Assembly: GCA_039802865.1 (NCBI GenBank)
Contig: JBDRXL010000002.1
Span: 39,826 to 103,825 of the forward strand
Length of the DNA stretch: 64,000 nucleotides
Reading direction: 5' to 3'
DNA from: a candidate division WOR-3 bacterium
Lineage (GTDB): Bacteria > Hydrothermota > Hydrothermia > LBFQ01 > DSFT01
A program made the translations under genes and the position numbers. Positions 9,945 through 20,141 of the stretch are shown here, in pieces. Position 1 is the first letter of the stretch; each line of letters begins with the position of its first letter. The notes under the pieces were generated by a model. The model did not search any database. It worked only from the letters and a program-made list of their open reading frames with translations, and had not been told where the DNA came from.

Positions 9945-11168
9945 TTATTTCTTTAAGAAAAATTTTAAAACTTCTGCAATTTCATTATATACATATTGAT
10001 TATGTGTTGTAGGGAATTTAAATGGATCAGTTGAGCCATCTAATACTTTATAAGAAATATACTCGTTTGGGTTCTTACCTTTGCTTTGATAACGCCCTTT
10101 CATAACATCTACAATAATACTATCCATTTTATAAATAACTTGTTCCAATGGATCACCATTTCCTGTTGAAATATAATATTTTATACCTTTTTCAATAATA
10201 CTATCAGCATCAGGAGCTATACCGAAGAAAAGTAAAGGATCTTTTAAAAGCCAAATATTACTTAATACACTACTATTAACACTATTTAAATCCTTATAAA
10301 CGGGCAATCTAAATCCTGCACAATTTGAACCAATTTGAGCGGTTATATAGGTATATTTTATACTATCTGGATGTAAGAAGTTAGCACAATTATCAAATTT
10401 AGGACTAAATGCTGCCGAAAGAGCTACTATAAATGTTGTAAATGTTTTTCCAACACCAAGAGTGCTAGCTAAGGAATCAAAAGTTAATGGAAGGCGATTA
10501 CCAAAATCACTATTTTCACTCTTTAAAACTTGAAGGACAGCTTGTTGGGCTTGTGCATCAGTAAATATGGCAAATCCAAGAGGGCCACTTATTGAAGCAA
10601 CTTTATTGAACAAATCATATCTTGCAATAGATAACCAAACTGAACCATAACCACCCATAGAATAACCAGCTATATATCTTTGACCATTGAGCTTGCTTTT
10701 GGATATTATAGAATTTTCAACTTGTGGAATAACCTCTTCAATTATATAATCTTGATATTTCCCATAAACATTAATATTGTTAGCTATATCAACAGAATTT
10801 ACATAAAAACTTCCTCCAAATGGATTCTTACCATTTACAAATACTAAAATAGCAGGATTTATTTCTCCTTTTGCTACAAGATAACTCATTATAGTTCCGA
10901 CATCATAAACAGACCTATAATATGTATAATCTCCACCAAAAGGATGTAAAAAGTAAATTATAGGATATTTAACTGTTGTATCTTGAACATCATAATTCGC
11001 AGGATAATATATTATAACCTTTGATGCAAAATTGGGGTCAGTAATTTTGCCTGATGTACTAATAGCATATTCAGTATAATATCCCTTATCAAACGTAAAT
11101 TCATTATCCTTTGCCTTACAAGCTATTATAGAAAATAAAAGAAATCCAGTTAAAATTGACCTCTTCAT
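9945..11168 (-). CDS. Alpha/beta-hydrolase esterase lipoprotein (CE1/esterase family)
   Basis: Lipoprotein signal MKRSILTGFLLFSIIAC; nucleophile elbow GYSMGGYGS; GGAGG RBS. Confidence 0.7.
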   Translation of the reverse strand: MKRSILTGFLLFSIIACKAKDNEFTFDKGYYTEYAISTSGKITDPNFASKVIIYYPANYDVQDTTVKYPIIYFLHPFGGDYTYYRSVYDVGTIMSYLVAKGEINPAILVFVNGKNPFGGSFYVNSVDIANNINVYGKYQDYIIEEVIPQVENSIISKSKLNGQRYIAGYSMGGYGSVWLSIARYDLFNKVASISGPLGFAIFTDAQAQQAVLQVLKSENSDFGNRLPLTFDSLASTLGVGKTFTTFIVALSAAFSPKFDNCANFLHPDSIKYTYITAQIGSNCAGFRLPVYKDLNSVNSSVLSNIWLLKDPLLFFGIAPDADSIIEKGIKYYISTGNGDPLEQVIYKMDSIIVDVMKGRYQSKGKNPNEYISYKVLDGSTDPFKFPTTHNQYVYNEIAEVLKFFLKK

Positions 11169-11182
11169 TTCTTTACCTCCTT

Positions 11183-12571
11183 TTAAAATTTATAATTTAT
11201 ACCAAAACCGACTGCAAATAATGAAAATCTATATTCACCAGGAAGGTTATGTGATTTAAGTGGGTTATAATCAGTATTACTTATAGTTTTCTTTGGAAGT
11301 ATAAAGTATTCAAAATTAAAGTCATAAGAGAAATTATTATATTCTCTTGAAAATCCAGCAGTTAATTGAATTTTATTGCCAGGGTCAGGAATTAAAGGAT
11401 TAAATGTAGAATCGGGTATTGGGCTTTGATCAAATGCAAAACCAAATCTCAAAGGTAAATTACTCTTAAATCTATATTCAATTCCCATACCAAATTTAAA
11501 TGTGCTTTTCCAACCTTGAACAAATTCCTCTTCTGATGGTAAGAATTTTCCAAGTAAAGGATCACCTGTTTGATTAGCACTATCAATACTAAGTATAATT
11601 TCATCAAATGTGCTCCAATTTTGATATTGGAAAAATACAGCACTTAATAATTTTTCATTAAATTTATAGCTTATTCCAAAATCTGTAATAATAGGTAGTT
11701 TTAATTGGGCACTACCACTTGCTTTTGAATTTGAAATTCCACCTAAGAAAATAGGATTATTAGACATTTTATAATAATAATCACTCTTAGGTAAATATGC
11801 ATTTGCTTCAATATTACCCTTTAATGTTGGACTTGAATTAAATCTTAAAGCCCAAGCAAAAGATAATTTACTTAATTCATATTTTAAACCCAAATTAGCA
11901 ACAAATCCAAACCCAGTTCCTGTTAATTTAACATCAACAGGAATTAAAGAATAGGGATATCCCAAATCTGGAGATCCATCTTTATTACCATCTAATATAG
12001 CAAAATTAACTTTCCTTAATAATATAGATGTTCTTGAAAGACCAAGTGAGATACCAACAGATAAACTCGAAAACTTCCTTGCATAGCCTCCTACAATATT
12101 TAAAACTTCAATTGAGCTTTCATGGTCTATTTTTGGATAATTGTCAATTCCATCATCCCTATAACCAATTGGAAGAGAATACAAATCCCATTTAGCTCCA
12201 AGCCCAAAAGGAACATATAAACCAAATGCAAATACATTTTCCTTATATGGTAATACAAAACCAAAAGCAGGAATTAAAAAGCTTTGTTGAGTGTTAATTG
12301 GATAATTCTTTAATGAAAAAGGACCATCCATACCAATTATACCTGTTTGGGTTGTAGCATCACCAAAAGTTCCTATTACATTAGTATATATCCCAATTTG
12401 TTTGGAGGCGCCTGTAAGTCCAGCAGGATTCCAATAGATTGCTGTCCAATCACTTACAAGAGATACATAAGAGCCTCCTAAACTTAAAGCTTTTCCTCCA
12501 ATCCCTGAAAGGGCAAAACCGCCTGCCATTGATGAAACTGGTAAAATTAATATCAAGAGAAGTTTCCTCAT
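11183..12571 (-). CDS. Outer-membrane beta-barrel transporter, FadL/TodX-like
   Basis: Signal peptide, alternating amphipathic beta-strand pattern, C-terminal ...GFGINYKF; leaderless-type promoter element upstream. Confidence 0.6.
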   Translation of the reverse strand: MRKLLLILILPVSSMAGGFALSGIGGKALSLGGSYVSLVSDWTAIYWNPAGLTGASKQIGIYTNVIGTFGDATTQTGIIGMDGPFSLKNYPINTQQSFLIPAFGFVLPYKENVFAFGLYVPFGLGAKWDLYSLPIGYRDDGIDNYPKIDHESSIEVLNIVGGYARKFSSLSVGISLGLSRTSILLRKVNFAILDGNKDGSPDLGYPYSLIPVDVKLTGTGFGFVANLGLKYELSKLSFAWALRFNSSPTLKGNIEANAYLPKSDYYYKMSNNPIFLGGISNSKASGSAQLKLPIITDFGISYKFNEKLLSAVFFQYQNWSTFDEIILSIDSANQTGDPLLGKFLPSEEEFVQGWKSTFKFGMGIEYRFKSNLPLRFGFAFDQSPIPDSTFNPLIPDPGNKIQLTAGFSREYNNFSYDFNFEYFILPKKTISNTDYNPLKSHNLPGEYRFSLFAVGFGINYKF

Positions 12572-12611
12572 AGTCCAAAAGTTTAAAGTATAAAATTCAA
12601 TTTTTTTGAAA

Positions 12612-12627
12612 CTTTAAAATTTTCAGT
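12612..12627 (+). promoter_or_regulatory. CTTTAAAATTT element 7 nt upstream of pdxS ATG
   Basis: AACTTTAAAATTTTCAGT-ATG(12628); no SD. Confidence 0.45.
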
Positions 12628-13512
12628 ATGCTCTTTAATGAAAGTTGGCAGGTAAAGGTTGGATTTGCAAAAATGCTAAAAGGTGGGGTAATAATGGATG
12701 TTACAACACCTGAGCAAGCAAAAATAGCTGAAAGAGCGGGTGCAGTTGCGGTAATGGCACTTGAAAGAGTCCCAGCAGATATTAGAAAGGAAGGTGGGGT
12801 TGCAAGAATGGCGGACCCTGAAATAATTCTTAGAATAATGGATGCGGTTAGTATTCCAGTTATGGCAAAGGTAAGAATTGGACATTTCGTAGAAGCACAA
12901 ATTTTACAAGAGTTAGGTGTTGATTTTATTGATGAAAGTGAAGTGCTTACACCTGCAGATGAAGAAAATCACATAAATAAACATGAATTTATAGTTCCAT
13001 TTGTATGTGGAGCAAGAGATTTAGGAGAAGCTTTAAGAAGAATTAGTGAAGGAGCAGCACTTATTAGGACAAAGGGCGAAGCAGGAACAGGTAATGTAGT
13101 AGAAGCGGTTAGACATATGCGCTTAATCCAAAGACAAATATCTGAAATAAAAGCTTTAAGAGAAGATGAATTGTTTAAAAAAGCAAAAGAGCTAAAAGTT
13201 GATTACATGTTAGTAAGATATATCTGGGAAAATGGAAAATTGCCAGTGCCTAATTTTGCTGCTGGTGGCATTGCAACACCTGCTGATGCAGCATTAATGA
13301 TGCAACTTGGTGCAGAAGCGGTATTTGTAGGAAGCGGTATATTTAAATCTTCAAATCCAGAAAAGTATGCTCATGCTATTGTTGAAGCGGTTGCTTATTA
13401 TGATAATCCAAAAGTTTTAGCAAGAATTTCAAGAAATCTTGGAGAACCTATGAGAGGCATAGATGTTAGTAAATTAAAAGAAGAAGAGCTTTTACAAACA
13501 AGGGGAAATTAA
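12628..13512 (+). CDS. pdxS: Pyridoxal 5'-phosphate synthase lyase subunit PdxS
   Basis: Very high similarity to PdxS throughout ([10 protein letters not shown]...[23 protein letters not shown]...GIFKSSNP). Confidence 0.95.
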   Translation: MLFNESWQVKVGFAKMLKGGVIMDVTTPEQAKIAERAGAVAVMALERVPADIRKEGGVARMADPEIILRIMDAVSIPVMAKVRIGHFVEAQILQELGVDFIDESEVLTPADEENHINKHEFIVPFVCGARDLGEALRRISEGAALIRTKGEAGTGNVVEAVRHMRLIQRQISEIKALREDELFKKAKELKVDYMLVRYIWENGKLPVPNFAAGGIATPADAALMMQLGAEAVFVGSGIFKSSNPEKYAHAIVEAVAYYDNPKVLARISRNLGEPMRGIDVSKLKEEELLQTRGN

Positions 13513-13525
13513 AAGGAGGTGAGAG

Positions 13526-13942
13526 TTGGAAAAAATACATACAACGAAGGGGGAACATTATATTGTAGAAGCATCAGGTTGTGATCCTGAGATTATAGGG
13601 AATGTAAAACTAATGCAAGAGATTTTAGTAAATGCAGCAAAAGAGGCAAATGCAGAAGTATGGGCGGTTTCATTTCATAGATTTCCTCCAAATGGTGTAA
13701 GTGGAGTAGTTGTAATATCAGAATCTCACCTTTCTGTTCATACATGGCCTGAATTTGGTTATGTCGCTATGGATATATATACTTGTGGGGAGCATACAGA
13801 ACCTGAAAAAGCAGTTAAATATGCAGTTGAAAAATTTAAAGCAAAACATATTCATATTACAGAAATTACAAGAGGTTTAGATGATGGGGATAGAATGTTT
13901 TATCATAGCATAGTTAGTTGGGAGGAGGGTAAAGAGATTTAA
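13526..13942 (+). CDS. speH: S-adenosylmethionine decarboxylase proenzyme (small, SpeH-type)
   Basis: HIIVEASGCDPEII ... ESHLSVHTWPE self-cleavage site motif; AGGAGG RBS. Confidence 0.85.
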   Translation: MEKIHTTKGEHYIVEASGCDPEIIGNVKLMQEILVNAAKEANAEVWAVSFHRFPPNGVSGVVVISESHLSVHTWPEFGYVAMDIYTCGEHTEPEKAVKYAVEKFKAKHIHITEITRGLDDGDRMFYHSIVSWEEGKEI

Positions 13943-13944
13943 AT

Positions 13945-14976
13945 ATGAAGTTTTTGAGAGATGACTTGCCCCAGAAATCTACGATGCCAGTATCTGAAAT
14001 TTTATATAAAGCTAAACTTGACCAAAATGAAAGTCCATTTGACATTCCAGAGGATATAAAAGAAAAAATTTTTGAAGAATTTAAAAAAGTTGAATTTAAT
14101 AGATATCCTCAACCTAAATTTTATTATGAAACAAAAGAAATTTTTTCAGAATTTCTAAATGTTGATTCAAAAAATTTTTTAATTACAGTCGGAGCAGATC
14201 AAGCAATATGGCTTGCATTTTTTTTAGCAGGAGGTAAAAATAGAAGTGCTATAATTTATGAGCCAACATATCCCATTTTTAAACATGCAGGAAAAATTAC
14301 CCAAACAAATCTACAAATAATAAATCTTGGAATAAATTATGAAATTGACCCTCTAACTTTTAAAGATCATAATATAATATGCATTGTAAATCCAAATAAT
14401 CCAACTGGAAACTTACAAAAAGAAACAGTAATAGAAAAAGCTATCGAAAGGGAAGCACTTGTTGTAATAGACGAAGCATATTTTCCATTTTCTAACATTA
14501 CTTATAAACATTTAATAAAAGAGCATAAAAATGTCTATATTATAAGAAGTTTATCAAAGAGTTTGCTTGCGGGAATTAGAATAGGTATTGTAATAGCTGA
14601 TGAAGAAATTGTAAGTATAGGAGAGGAAGTTTTAACTGCACCATATCATTTAAGCACACTTCAACTTGTAATTTTAAGAAATTTTCAATTGATAAAAAAT
14701 CATTTTGATTATTCAGTAAAAGTGGTAAATGAAGAAAAAGAGAAAATTTATAGTGCTTTTGAAAAGCTAAAAATTGATTACATTAAATCTTATACTAATT
14801 TTATTTTATTTAAGGTAGAAAATCCAAATTTTGTTTATAATGAGCTTCTTAAAAGGGGGATTAGAATTAGAAATATATCATATATGAAGGGACTTGAAAA
14901 TTGTTTGAGAGTAACAATTGGAAAGCCTTATGAGAATGAATTGTTTATAAACTCATTATTTGAAATTTTTAAGTAA
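13945..14976 (+). CDS. hisC: Histidinol-phosphate aminotransferase
   Basis: LDQNESPF, NPNNPTGN, SLSKS...GIRIG (PLP-Lys) motifs. Confidence 0.8.
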   Translation: MKFLRDDLPQKSTMPVSEILYKAKLDQNESPFDIPEDIKEKIFEEFKKVEFNRYPQPKFYYETKEIFSEFLNVDSKNFLITVGADQAIWLAFFLAGGKNRSAIIYEPTYPIFKHAGKITQTNLQIINLGINYEIDPLTFKDHNIICIVNPNNPTGNLQKETVIEKAIEREALVVIDEAYFPFSNITYKHLIKEHKNVYIIRSLSKSLLAGIRIGIVIADEEIVSIGEEVLTAPYHLSTLQLVILRNFQLIKNHFDYSVKVVNEEKEKIYSAFEKLKIDYIKSYTNFILFKVENPNFVYNELLKRGIRIRNISYMKGLENCLRVTIGKPYENELFINSLFEIFK

Positions 14977-15002
14977 TATACAAATTGCTTTAAAATTTTC
15001 AT

Positions 15003-16811
15003 ATGTTTGTTTTTATTTTAACTTGGATACATTTTAAGACAGATGCTATAATGAGTGATGGGACTCCTTTAAAGGTTTATGTATGGCTTCCAGATGATAC
15101 TGTTAATAAGAAATTTCCAGCACTTCTTGTAAGAACACCTTATGATACACTTGGACTTATAGATAGTTCAACAATTTCTCAAATAATTAGTAATAATCTT
15201 GCTTATGTAGTAAATCCTTTAAGAGGATATTGGGGAAGTGGGGGGATAAGAAGTCCATTTTTGAATGATGGATGGGGTCCAAATCAAGATGGAAAAGAGA
15301 TAGCTATTTGGATTACAAATCAAAGTTGGTCTAATGATACAATATGCACATTTGGTGGTTCTGCTCTGGGATTTGCTCAATACTTTTTAGAAGGGACGGA
15401 TTTTGATTTAACATGTGCAGTTCCTTCTGTTGCTGGATTTTCTTTATATCATGAGGTATTTTATGGTGGTGAATTTAGAAAGTTTATTGTTGAAAATTGG
15501 TTAAGTGCTGTAAATGCGACAATGTGGCTTGATACAATTGAAAAATATGCAGTTTATTCAGATAATACTCCTTGGGCATGGATAAATGGATATTCAAGAA
15601 ATTCTTATTTTAATGCACCAATGCTACATATCACAGGTTGGTTTGATGCTTTTACAGAAGGAGCAATATCAGCATTTAAATATATTAAACAATATGGAGG
15701 ACCGAGAGCAAAAAATTATCAATATCTTATAATTGGTCCTTGGATACATTATATAAATAAAGATACAGTTGGAGATTTGATATTTCCATCAAATTCAAAA
15801 ATTGATTTAAATTTATATCATTTTTATTGGTTTTTATATTGGATAAAAGGTATAGGGGATTGGAATAGTATTAAGCGAGTAAAGTTTTATTTAATGGGGG
15901 ATTTAAGCACAAATGATACTACAAGATGGAATAGATGGATTGAAACGGATGATTTTCCACCAGAAAATACTTATTATCAAACTTGGTTTTTAGTAAAAGA
16001 TTCCTTAAAATTAACATCACCTTATTATTTGAAAGATAGCTCTTATTATAATTATGATCCAAATAATCCTGTTCCTACAATTGGAGGATTTGACTTTTTT
16101 GGAATGTATAATCCAGATAGTATTTTATTTGGTCCAAGAAATTTAAATCCCATAAATAATAGAAATGATGTTTTGATATTTACATCTGATATTTTAAATC
16201 AACCCTTAGCGGTTATCGGACAGCCTATTTTAAATTTGTATGCAAGTTCCAATAGACTTGATACAGATTTTATTGTAATGTTAGCAGATGTTTATCCAGA
16301 TGGAAGAAGTATATTGATAAGTGAAGGGGTGTTAAAAGCAAGGCATAGAAATGGTTTAGATAGAGAAGACTTGTTAAATCCAAATGAAATTTATCAATTT
16401 ACAATAAAATTAAGAAATACTGCTTATGTTTTCAATCAAGGTCATAGAATAAGAATTTATATAACTTCATCTAAATATCCATCTTATGAGCCAAATCCAA
16501 ATAATGGAGGACCATTTAAGAGAAATGACCCTAATAAATTAATTGCTTTAAATAAAGTATTTACTGGTCAGGTTTATCCATCTTATATTTTACTTCCTGT
16601 AAATAATTCAATAATTGGTATAAAAGAAATTGCAAGCACTTTAAAAGTTAAATCTTGCTTAATTAAGAATAGGCAAGCGGTGTGTGATGGGTATATTCCA
16701 AATTATGTTTATGATGTTAATGGAAGAGCGCTTATGAATCAAAATTTGAAAAAGGGATTGTATTTTGTTAAAATGGATAGAAAACTGTTTAAAGTGTTTG
16801 TTCATAATTAA
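15003..16811 (+). CDS. CocE/NonD-family (X-Pro dipeptidyl-peptidase-like) hydrolase with T9SS-type C-terminal sorting domain
   Basis: Alpha/beta hydrolase N-terminal region plus C-terminal beta-sandwich; last ~70 aa ...YVYDVNGRALMNQNLKKGLYFVKMDRKLFKVFVHN fit the T9SS type-A CTD pattern. Confidence 0.65.
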   Translation: MFVFILTWIHFKTDAIMSDGTPLKVYVWLPDDTVNKKFPALLVRTPYDTLGLIDSSTISQIISNNLAYVVNPLRGYWGSGGIRSPFLNDGWGPNQDGKEIAIWITNQSWSNDTICTFGGSALGFAQYFLEGTDFDLTCAVPSVAGFSLYHEVFYGGEFRKFIVENWLSAVNATMWLDTIEKYAVYSDNTPWAWINGYSRNSYFNAPMLHITGWFDAFTEGAISAFKYIKQYGGPRAKNYQYLIIGPWIHYINKDTVGDLIFPSNSKIDLNLYHFYWFLYWIKGIGDWNSIKRVKFYLMGDLSTNDTTRWNRWIETDDFPPENTYYQTWFLVKDSLKLTSPYYLKDSSYYNYDPNNPVPTIGGFDFFGMYNPDSILFGPRNLNPINNRNDVLIFTSDILNQPLAVIGQPILNLYASSNRLDTDFIVMLADVYPDGRSILISEGVLKARHRNGLDREDLLNPNEIYQFTIKLRNTAYVFNQGHRIRIYITSSKYPSYEPNPNNGGPFKRNDPNKLIALNKVFTGQVYPSYILLPVNNSIIGIKEIASTLKVKSCLIKNRQAVCDGYIPNYVYDVNGRALMNQNLKKGLYFVKMDRKLFKVFVHN

Positions 16812-16828
16812 GCTTTAAAATTTTGCCT

Positions 16829-17488
16829 ATGAAGATAACATATCTTGGACATGCAGCGGTAAAGGTTGAAGTTGCTAATAAAATCATATATATAGACCCA
16901 TTTTTATCTGGAAATCCAAAAGCTCCTATAACTGCTGATGAGATAACTTCTGCGGATATTGTAATTGTAACTCATGACCATGGAGATCATCTTGGGGATG
17001 CATTTGCTATTGCTAAAAGAACAAATGCTTGGTTAGTTTCACAATATGAGATTACTGTCTTAGCAAGTGAAAACGGTATTGAGAAAATTGAACCTATGAA
17101 TATAGGAGGACCTATTAGTGTTGAGGGAATTAAAATTGCTTTAACACCAGCTTGGCATACATCTAATAGGGGTGATCCAACAGGTGTTATTATACAAGCT
17201 ATGGGTAAAACATTATATCATGCAGGTGATACAGGTTTATTTTCAGATATGAAGCTTATTGGTGAATTATACAAACCAGATATAGCATTACTTCCAATTG
17301 GTGGAAGATTTACTATGGATATATATCAAGCTGCGAAGGCTGTTGAATTCATAAGACCAAAATATGTAATTCCAATACATTATAATACATTTGACCTTAT
17401 TAAAGCGGATCCTGAGGAATTTAAAAAACTTGTAAAAGATATAAGTAGTGTAATAATTTTAAATCCAGGAGAGACATTTAACTATTAA
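16829..17488 (+). CDS. UPF0173 metallo-beta-lactamase-fold hydrolase
   Basis: MKITYLGHAAVKVE... HDHGDH motif; ATG 16829 preferred over track TTG 16823 (leaderless spacing from promoter element). Confidence 0.75.
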   Translation: MKITYLGHAAVKVEVANKIIYIDPFLSGNPKAPITADEITSADIVIVTHDHGDHLGDAFAIAKRTNAWLVSQYEITVLASENGIEKIEPMNIGGPISVEGIKIALTPAWHTSNRGDPTGVIIQAMGKTLYHAGDTGLFSDMKLIGELYKPDIALLPIGGRFTMDIYQAAKAVEFIRPKYVIPIHYNTFDLIKADPEEFKKLVKDISSVIILNPGETFNY

Positions 17489-17491
17489 ACC

Positions 17492-18172
17492 TTGAATTAT
17501 ATACTAAAAAATTTAAAGAAATTAAAAGAAGCAATAAATTTTGCTTGTAATAGTGTAAATAGAAGTGCGGATGAAATTCAGATTTTGCCAATTACAAAAG
17601 GAGTAGATATTGAAAAAATTAAATTCTTATATGATAATGGATTTAAGGAATTTGGAGAAAATAGGGTAAAAGAAGCTTATGAAAAAATTATTTATTTGCC
17701 AAAGAATATAAAATGGCATTTAGTAGGGCATTTACAAAGTAATAAAGTTAAAAAGGCATTAGAAATTTTTAAAGTTATTCAAAGTATTGATAGATTTGAA
17801 ATTATTGATGAAATTGATAAAAGGGGAATTGATGTTGAAGTATTTTTAGAGTTTAATTGCTCACAAGAGGAACAAAAACATGGCTTTAAAGTTGAAGAAT
17901 GGGAGAAAGCGGTTGAAAACATTTTAAATTCAAAACATTTAAAGCTTATTGGCTTTATGACACTTGGTCCTTATCCTGTTGATGAAATAAGAAGTAGAAA
18001 AGCTTTTGAAAAGTTAAGAATAATTAGGGATAAGGCAATTGAAAAGTTTAATTTGAAAAATTTAAAATTGTCAATGGGTATGAGTGAAGATTTTATTTAT
18101 GCGATAATGGAAGGAGCTGATATTATAAGAATAGGGAGAGCTATCTTTGAAGAGAATTTTAATTTTAAATAG
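17492..18172 (+). CDS. yggS: YggS-family PLP homeostasis protein (alanine-racemase N-terminal fold)
   Basis: GENRVKEAYEKI ... WHLVGHLQSNKVKKA motifs. Confidence 0.8.
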   Translation: MNYILKNLKKLKEAINFACNSVNRSADEIQILPITKGVDIEKIKFLYDNGFKEFGENRVKEAYEKIIYLPKNIKWHLVGHLQSNKVKKALEIFKVIQSIDRFEIIDEIDKRGIDVEVFLEFNCSQEEQKHGFKVEEWEKAVENILNSKHLKLIGFMTLGPYPVDEIRSRKAFEKLRIIRDKAIEKFNLKNLKLSMGMSEDFIYAIMEGADIIRIGRAIFEENFNFK

Positions 18173-19205
18173 AAGAGATATTTTAAATCCTTTTGGAGGA
18201 GGAGCAGAAAAATATACAATTGAAATTTGTAAGGCTTTAATAAGGGAGGGTATAGAGGTTGATATGTTTTCATCAAAATTTAAGAATTCAAAAAAAGAAG
18301 AAAATTATGAAGGTATAAGGATTATAAGGAGGGGTAATGAATTCAGTGTTCATTTTTGGGGTCTTTTATATACATTGAAAAATTACAAAAAGTATGATTT
18401 GATAATTGATGAGTTTAATGGGATTGGTTTTTTTACATTTTTCTTAAAAAAATCTATACTTTTGATACATCAATTATATCAAGAATATTGGGTTTATGAG
18501 ATGGGAAGGATATTTTTCTTTATGAAGTATATTGAGAAATTTTTATTATGGTTATATCGCAAGAAATTTACAATTACAGTTTCAAATTCAACACTTGAAG
18601 ATCTTAAAAAGCTTGGATTTAAGAATGTTCATATTGTAGAAAATGGTATAGATGAGATTAATTATGAGTGTGAAAAGAATGATAATTTGACATTATGTTT
18701 TCTTGGGAGGTTAAGAAGAACAAAAAATCCAGAGGATGCTATAAAAATTTTTTTAAAAGTAAAAGAAGTTATTAAAGATGCTAAAATGATAGTTATTGGA
18801 ACAGGACCACTTGAAAATTATTTAAGAGAGAAATATAAAAATGTTAAAAATTTAGAATTTTTAGGATATTTAAATGATAAAGAAAAAATTGAAAACTTAT
18901 GCAAATCGCATTTTTTAATAGTTCCGAGTGTTAGGGAGGGTTGGGGTATAGTTGTGATAGAAGCTAATTTAGTTGGAGTTCCTGTTATTGGTTATAATGT
19001 TGCTGGATTGAGGGATTCTATTAAGGATGGTATTAATGGGTTTTTAGTAGATAGTGTTGATAGTGCTGTTAAGAAGATTTTGGAGATTTGGGTTGATAAG
19101 GAATTTTATTTAAGGTTATGTGAGACTTCAAAGGAATATGCTAAAAATTTCTCTTGGAACAAAACACAAGAAAATTTTATAAAGTTAATTAAGAGTTTAT
19201 CTTAG
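18147..19205 (+). CDS. Glycosyltransferase family 4
   Basis: C-terminal GT4 motif E...GWGIVVIEANLVGVPVIG. Confidence 0.75.
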   Translation: MKRILILNRRDILNPFGGGAEKYTIEICKALIREGIEVDMFSSKFKNSKKEENYEGIRIIRRGNEFSVHFWGLLYTLKNYKKYDLIIDEFNGIGFFTFFLKKSILLIHQLYQEYWVYEMGRIFFFMKYIEKFLLWLYRKKFTITVSNSTLEDLKKLGFKNVHIVENGIDEINYECEKNDNLTLCFLGRLRRTKNPEDAIKIFLKVKEVIKDAKMIVIGTGPLENYLREKYKNVKNLEFLGYLNDKEKIENLCKSHFLIVPSVREGWGIVVIEANLVGVPVIGYNVAGLRDSIKDGINGFLVDSVDSAVKKILEIWVDKEFYLRLCETSKEYAKNFSWNKTQENFIKLIKSLS

Positions 19206-19250
19206 TTGTTTTTTATCCTTTATAATTTTCGGAAAACAGGAGCTTGCTAT

Positions 19251-20141
19251 ATGAAAGGAGAAAAAGTAAGATACATTATAAATATTTATAATTTAAAGAA
19301 TTCTAAATCTGTTGTCTTAAAGCTAACAAAAGCGAGTTTTGGTATAGCTCTTGGATTGTTGTTTGCTTTTATATCTTCTATTCTTGCTGGAATTATTCTT
19401 ACATTGAAATTTACGTTTGTATATGTTGAAAATTTAGCTTTAAAAAGACAAAATCAAAAATTAAGAAGTTATATTTCAAAAATGGAAGAAGAAGTAAATT
19501 TTATAAAATCAAGTTTAGATAGTATTTTTAAAATAACAAATAGTGTTAGGATTATTGCTGGTTTAACTCCACTTTCAAATGATATTAGATATCTTGGTAT
19601 AGGAGGTTATATTCAAAAAAGAGAGGATAATTTAAGTTTTGAAGTTGATAATATAAAAAGAATGTTAAATTTTGAAATGAGAGATGTTGAAAATATATCA
19701 AGAATAATAAAGGAAAAAAGAGAAGATCTTGAAAGAATGCCTTCTATTATTCCAGCACCAGGTATAATTATTTCAAATTTTGGATATAGAAATGACCCAT
19801 TTACTGGTGAATATAAAATGCATGAAGGTATTGATATAGCGGCGCCAATAGGAACACCTGTTTATGCTAGTGCAAATGGAGTTGTAATATTTTCTGGGTA
19901 TAAAGAGGGTTATGGATTGTGTGTTGAAATATCTCATAAAAATGGTATTATTACAAGATATGCTCATCTTTCAAGAAGTTTAGTAAGAGTTGGACAAGAA
20001 GTAAAGAGAGGTGAGATTATTGGAAAGGTTGGTTCAACAGGGCGTTCAACAGGTTCTCATTTACATTATGAGGTTATTGTAAATGGAATTGCAAGAAATC
20101 CTATGAATTATATAATTCTTTCAGATGTGATATATGATTAG
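19251..20141 (+). CDS. M23-family metallopeptidase with N-terminal TM and coiled coil
   Basis: HEGIDIAAPIGTPV ... GSTGRSTGSHLHYEV; ATG 19251 with AGGAG RBS preferred over track start 19206. Confidence 0.8.
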   Translation: MKGEKVRYIINIYNLKNSKSVVLKLTKASFGIALGLLFAFISSILAGIILTLKFTFVYVENLALKRQNQKLRSYISKMEEEVNFIKSSLDSIFKITNSVRIIAGLTPLSNDIRYLGIGGYIQKREDNLSFEVDNIKRMLNFEMRDVENISRIIKEKREDLERMPSIIPAPGIIISNFGYRNDPFTGEYKMHEGIDIAAPIGTPVYASANGVVIFSGYKEGYGLCVEISHKNGIITRYAHLSRSLVRVGQEVKRGEIIGKVGSTGRSTGSHLHYEVIVNGIARNPMNYIILSDVIYD